Origin: Perkinsus chesapeaki ATCC PRA-425
Taxonomy: Eukaryota > Protista > Perkinsozoa
Direction: 5' to 3'
Assembly: GCA_013115145.1 (NCBI GenBank)
Contig: JAAPAO010000021.1
Coordinates: 1-64,000, forward strand
Length of the DNA: 64,000 nucleotides
Of this stretch, positions 58,857-64,000 are shown in pieces. Position 1 is the stretch's first letter; every line of letters starts with the position of its first letter. A program made the translations under genes and the position numbers. The notes beneath the pieces were generated by a model, which saw only the letters and a list, made by a program, of their open reading frames with translations, made no database searches and had not been told where the DNA came from.

Positions 58857-61101
58857 TCACGAGCTTGGATGTGGCAACCTTGGGCATCGTCGCCCCATCT
58901 GCTCAAGGAAATGATGTGTGGTGGTTAGCCAGCTCAGGTTACCTTCAGAATTGCTCGCTGCATCGGCCTCATCACACACCTTCCGGATTATCATTTCCCA
59001 AGCGAGCTTTGAGGCAAGCTTGGAATAGCCGGCTTCCCATGCCAGTTCAGAGGCGACACGTCCACGATTTGACAACATGACAGGCGATCTGAGGCAGCCG
59101 AGAGATAGGCGATGAGGCGCACGAGGCTTACCGATTGGGGCCCTCGACCAGAGGGTTCCACCATAGGGATTCGCGGGCCAGCCGGGCAGCTTGATGGTGC
59201 CTAGGGAAACACTCCTGTACTGAGGGTAGTCGTGCTGATTTACACTGCTGGTCCGCCGTGGGTCTTGGCCCACATTTTGGTGCGAGGATGGCTCATTAGG
59301 ATATCACAAACGGTCGAATGCCCTCGACAGGCGGCTGCGTGGAGAGCTGTCATGCAGAACTCTCGCAGTGGTATCGGGTCCATCGGTCCTCTTCGCTGAG
59401 GGCCGCCGAGGTACCGGTAGTCCTGAAAATAATCAATGCTACACAGGCGGAGCGAAGCAGCTCCTACACCCACCCCCTCCTCTGTAAGATTTGTCCAGCT
59501 AGGTGGTGAAGCCGAGCTAATGACTGCAGCAGGATTAGCGCCCCAGTCGAGCAGGGCCTCGACAGCTATCTTCGATCCTGTTGCCGAGGCGGCTACAAGA
59601 TGCCAGTCCAATCTATGTTGCTCCTCTGGAGTGCGGTCTAAACTCAAGGAAGATCCGCTGTACAAGCCAGCGAGCTGGTGAGGTAATTCACCTTTGTAAT
59701 CGCGACCAGTAAACTCCCTCCGAAGGACCGTTTGGATGAGCTCAGTGTTGTTGCCTGAAGCTGCATATCGAAGGCTGTGGAGGCCACCTGGGGGAAGACG
59801 CTTTCAACTTGAGGAAGTTGGTGCGAACCTCGGGAATGAATTAGACCGTGTGTTTTGCTTTGACGAACGCAGAGGTCGAGGGGCCGCATGCCATCCCAGT
59901 TCTCTTCGTTGACGTCGCAGCCAGCAGAGAGAAGCGCAACAATCTGGAAGTTTCACGTCACTCGCCACGATATTAGTGTTCCTTACGCAATCACAAAGCC
60001 CTGCTGCAGTGGCCATGTGAAGTAGGAAATGCATGTTGGGGGGCAGAGGCGACGGAGTGTGCTGGAGCAGCAGCTTAAGCATGTAACTGCACAACAGAAA
60101 TGCCAAACAGTGAAAGCTGTGGGCAACCGTCTTACGGTTCGCGTCGGTCTATGGCCCAGGCAAGCGACTGAACTGATGGTTCAGCGCCCGCACCGAGAAG
60201 GATCTCTAAAACGTGCCTGAAAGGCCATCATATATCTCAATCCATGCCGAGGCGCCACCTACAGTCGTCCCGTACATACGGCAAGACTGAGGGGGTCCAT
60301 GGAACTAATAAGCTGCTGGGACAGGCCCCCACTGGAGGATACCTCTACTGCTATTGAGGAGATGGCCCCGAGGTCAATGCCAGACCGACCTGGTAACATA
60401 TATCGGTTGTATCATACAGAAGGACGTACTCAGAATGTTGACGGCGCATACGTCCCCTCGGTAGATAGCCGCCATCATTGCCTCGACTGTCAGCTTGGTT
60501 GTTCTACACGCGGAGGGACCCTACAGAAGGGAATGGTAAAACGGTCGAGCAAGGTGAAGTGTACGCAGAGGACCAGCCGATTGGCGAGGCCGTATAGCCT
60601 CTCTTCAATGAGGATGTCCAAGAGGGACCGGCCGTCAGAATCGCCGGCTGCCAGGATCTGCAATAAAACTGGTCTCTTACTCGGTGTGTTCGTGCCGACC
60701 TGTTGCGGGTCGAGAGCCATCCTCAGGGCGAGTGCCCCAGCGGCCAGGGGGTTCTGTTTGACAGCGCGAGCCAGAGCAGTAATGCAACAACAGTGTGGCA
60801 TCCATTGGGGCTGGCGGAGAGCTCGAGAAGTCTCTGAAAGATGCAGATTGGGAATAGAGCTACCAAAGAGCTCACCAGCGACCATCAGTGACCATTGTCT
60901 AACTTGACGGCAGCACTGCGCTAGGACACCCCAGTCCTGGACATGGAGGTACCCCCAGACGAGACTGCCGAACGCGGTGGGGTCTAGGAAGTGAACCTCT
61001 GGTGGTGGCAGTCCAACATTCTTGTGGTGGTTGAATGGCGATGATTGTGAGTTTGTAGTATTAGTATTGTTGAGGCGACAGTGCGACGATGATGATGACA
61101 T
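58857..61101 (-). CDS. F-box-like + ankyrin-repeat protein, multi-exon
   Basis: N-terminal FLDPTAFGSLVWGYLHVQDWGVLAQCCRQV is F-box-like. Ankyrin motifs: LMAAIYRGD, LHMATAAG, DGMRPLD, LVAASATGSKIAVEALLDWGAN, TALHAAACRGHSTVCDILM. Confidence 0.5.
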
Positions 61102-61335
61102 TCAATCACTACGGAAACAGTGTCGTGGTTTGATCGGTGCTGTGAGCATCAGATTCGCCTTTAGGGTTCTCATGCTTCTCCTAGCATGGCTAAGCCTAAC
61201 GCAAGGAGAGTCAAGTAATATTGTCATCATGTGCGAGAGTGTCTGCAATGGCCACAGCTGTACCGACACAAAGGAGACAGCACACAAGATCAGAGATGTA
61301 CCAGCTCCCCCGATATAGACAACGCAACAGTCCAT

Positions 61336-63372
61336 CTAGTAAGAGAGTTGGAAATAGCCAGTTGATGGCGGCGGCGGCATCAGACAGACACTCTCTACAG
61401 CCTCCGGACAAGCAGCGATCACTGCTGGCGTTATGGCAAGCAGAACTTGACAAATGGTAGAATGGTGGAATGATACGTTTGACTTTGAAAAACTCCGATT
61501 ACAGTACAATGACACGGTCCCTCGGCAGAAGCCCCTCGGCCGACGTCGGCAACCGAGAGACGCTCTCCATCGAGTAAGGCGTGAAGCACGCAGTCCTGGA
61601 CACTTGGATGAAGCCATCTTTAATACAGCTCAGCTCGGCTGTCAGTTCCTCCAGGTCGGTTTCGTCCTTAACATAGAAGCCGACGGCCAAGGATGGGTTC
61701 AATCGTGATGGTCTCAGCCTCGAAGGGTCCACGCTGTTCTTGAAGTTCGTTGATTGAGCTTCTACTACGGCAGACTGCACAAAGTGGGGGTCGATACTGA
61801 GCAAGTCCACATGGACCATTCGACCAGCAGTAGTAGTTGGTGGCTGTCCCCAAGCGCTAGGGTGGACGTAGGTGTCCTTCTCGGCCACCCCTACTATATA
61901 GTGGGCCCTAGTGGACTGACCACCGACGACACCAACACACCATCGAAGCTTTAGGTATTCGCTCACCACTCTGGCGCTCCCACCGTCGATCTGGTCTCCA
62001 TCAGTTAGTCTAACTGGAAACAGCAGCAGCACTCCTCTCGACCATTCTTCCCCAGCAGCAGTGGCGCCGATATCCCCGCTCGGGCAGGGTGGGGTCATAG
62101 ACGCCGATGGACAGTCGTGCCAGGCAGCCTCATCATCATCACCAGATGAGCTGTCTGCAACTGCCTCGGAGTCCATGGCGGCATCCCCGGAAAAACCAAC
62201 CATGACGAAGTGACTTGGACTAGTGATATCTTCGCTGTCCGTCATGGACTTCATGGCCTTCGCCGTCTCACTGGGGGATAGAACTGCCCACTCGTGGCCC
62301 CTCGAGCCCAGACTCCAGGATCGCTTCCGGTGATCTATCGATGACCCAGAGGAGGAGGATGCCGGAGATGTGCCACCGGCGCGAGGGGAGCCTTCGACAG
62401 CCACCAGCTCCATGGTAACCTGGCCAAAGCCTCTACTTGATGGCGGTTGACCAGCCGACGTAGCTCTGACGTCCTCAGGTCTGAGCAGGCCGTCATGGTC
62501 CACATAGACGGCAAGACCGAGGTGCTGCATAGCGGGCGCTGACGTGAGCTGCTGGAGGGCATCACATACTCTGGCAGGGCCGAACCATTGCCCGGGTTGG
62601 CTACATGACATGAAGGCATGGATGGAACAGGGCCTGTCCAGCCGATCTTCAAAAAGTCTGACAGGGAGAGTTCCACGCTGCCGATGAAACCGCCGCCCAG
62701 CAGACTTGCCTTAATAACTCTCTCTCGGGGGGCACAGTGGTGGAATGTTGTGAAGGTGGTGGATGGTGGTCGAAGAACTCTGTATAAGGCATAACCTCCG
62801 AATGTTGTCGGGTAGCAGCACCACCTAAGACATGACCACCTCACAACAGGCCTACTGGCGAGGGGCGGCGGTACTTGGATCGAGGCCATGATGCCTCTTA
62901 AGTGCGGCTAATAGCAGCATCTGTGCCGACCGTATAGTACACCCCCAGCCCGTATCACAGTGGAACTCGAGACGCTTCTGTTGATTGTATAGAGGTGTCT
63001 CGAAATTCTTTCGATACGTCATCCGACGTATCCCTCGCCAAACGCTGTAGAAGTCCGCAGTTGATCTCGACTGGCGGCCCAATAGCCATGCCCGATGGTC
63101 TGACCAACACACATGCCCATATTCGTGGAAGCTGCTGCCTCACCAGGATCACGGACGACAACGGGTTCGGTGCCATAGGCGTTGGCGAAATGTTCCTGAA
63201 TGTTATGTCCCCATCCTTTCACGGTGGCCTTTGTGTCGCTAACTATCTGTTCCATGGTCACCGTGGCCGCACCGCTGGCTGAGGACACGAATCCTAGACC
63301 TGCTGGTAGATTCGGAGATGATGAAGAGGAGGAGGAGGAGGACGTAAAAGAGCCGACAAGCCCACGCATCAT
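61336..63372 (-). CDS. ATG4: Autophagy cysteine protease ATG4 (peptidase C54), multi-exon
   Basis: MTYRKNF, DTGWGCTIRSAQMLL (catalytic Cys), PFSIH, GQWFGP, VGVVGGQSTRAHYIVG, SIDPHFVQ (catalytic Asp/His). 3' end is at 61499 or 61336 depending on the last intron. Confidence 0.88.
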
Positions 63373-63447
63373 GGAGCCAATCAACTACTGAATCCACCCT
63401 GGTCAAATACAACAACCTCCTTTCCTCAAGCACAAGAAAATGCATTG

Positions 63448-64000
63448 TCAATGCCGCCGTGGCCAGGCCAGTCTGGTAGACAGAGACCCCTCTATAAGGC
63501 GCTCGAGTGACTCCTCGCTGGTCAGATCCCGGCCACGGCCTTCAGCCTGGTCTCGCCGGTCACGTGCCATCATGATGTTGGACAGTCGTTCCTGTTCAAC
63601 TGCAACGTAGTTAACTTTACGTTCCAAAAACCTGCGTATTACTGAGCGTGTCAGCCCCATCCGATGGCCCTAGTACTCTATATGGTTCTCAAGGCACTGT
63701 AAGCGCCTCTCCCTCTCGGCAATGTCCCTGAGCCTCTGGGCCTCCCACTCCTCCCGCTTGATCCTTTTATGCAGCTCATGTTCTCGGTCCTTTTTACTGA
63801 ACAATCTCGCTGGCCACAGCCGTCCACCGAAGACTTACGCTGCCCTCTGGTATTCACTAATGATGATGAGGGTGGTTACACCGAAGACGAAGGACTCGCC
63901 TATGAAGGTGGCCCCCCAGTCCAAGGCCGCATCGTCCTTCAAGGCCGGTATGGCCCTTCTGGTCTTGTTGTCATCTGCTATCTGAAACGATTGGGTTCTT
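63448..64000 (-). CDS. OPA3: OPA3-like mitochondrial protein, 5'-truncated by window end
   Basis: IPALKDDAALDWGATFIGESFVFGVTTLIIISEYQR plus a charged coiled coil matches the OPA3 pattern IKPL.E..A.ELGA.LLGE..IF......LEY.R. Confidence 0.7.

Noticed and set aside
1-64000. CRISPR arrays, rRNA, prokaryotic operons, transposase/RT or viral ORFs
   Set aside because: No repeat-spacer arrays, rRNA-like sequence or transposase, RT or capsid motifs were seen; the DNA is intron-rich eukaryotic.

Overview
Gene-dense eukaryotic (protist) genomic DNA with many short (~42-60 nt) GT-AG introns and very short intergenic gaps. The style and gene content suggest a Perkinsus-like alveolate (inference, not confirmed). 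About 30 protein-coding genes can be traced. 1-28 kb is an almost entirely + strand run: RAI1/DXO-like nuclease, TFIIF-beta, SSRP1, MDC1-like FHA-BRCT protein, a 7x ubiquitin-like protein, probable condensin CAP-G, ATP-PEPCK, Nup155 and a SURP/RS protein. 30.5-45.7 kb is a candidate surface-glycan island: two secreted Thr-rich proteins sharing a 6-Cys module, a GT47 exostosin, an EEP hydrolase, and three tandem, intact but catalytically degenerate chitin-synthase-like genes (the most striking feature). 46-64 kb holds Tim10, Abitram, DMC1 with an AT-hook-like N-terminal extension, two amino-acid transporters, a membrane dual-specificity phosphatase, an LRR protein, an F-box/ankyrin protein, ATG4 and a partial OPA3. 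Two perfect hairpin elements lie in non-coding DNA. No rRNA, confident tRNA, CRISPR array or autonomous transposon was seen. Family calls come from motif recognition by eye, and multi-exon gene boundaries are approximate.
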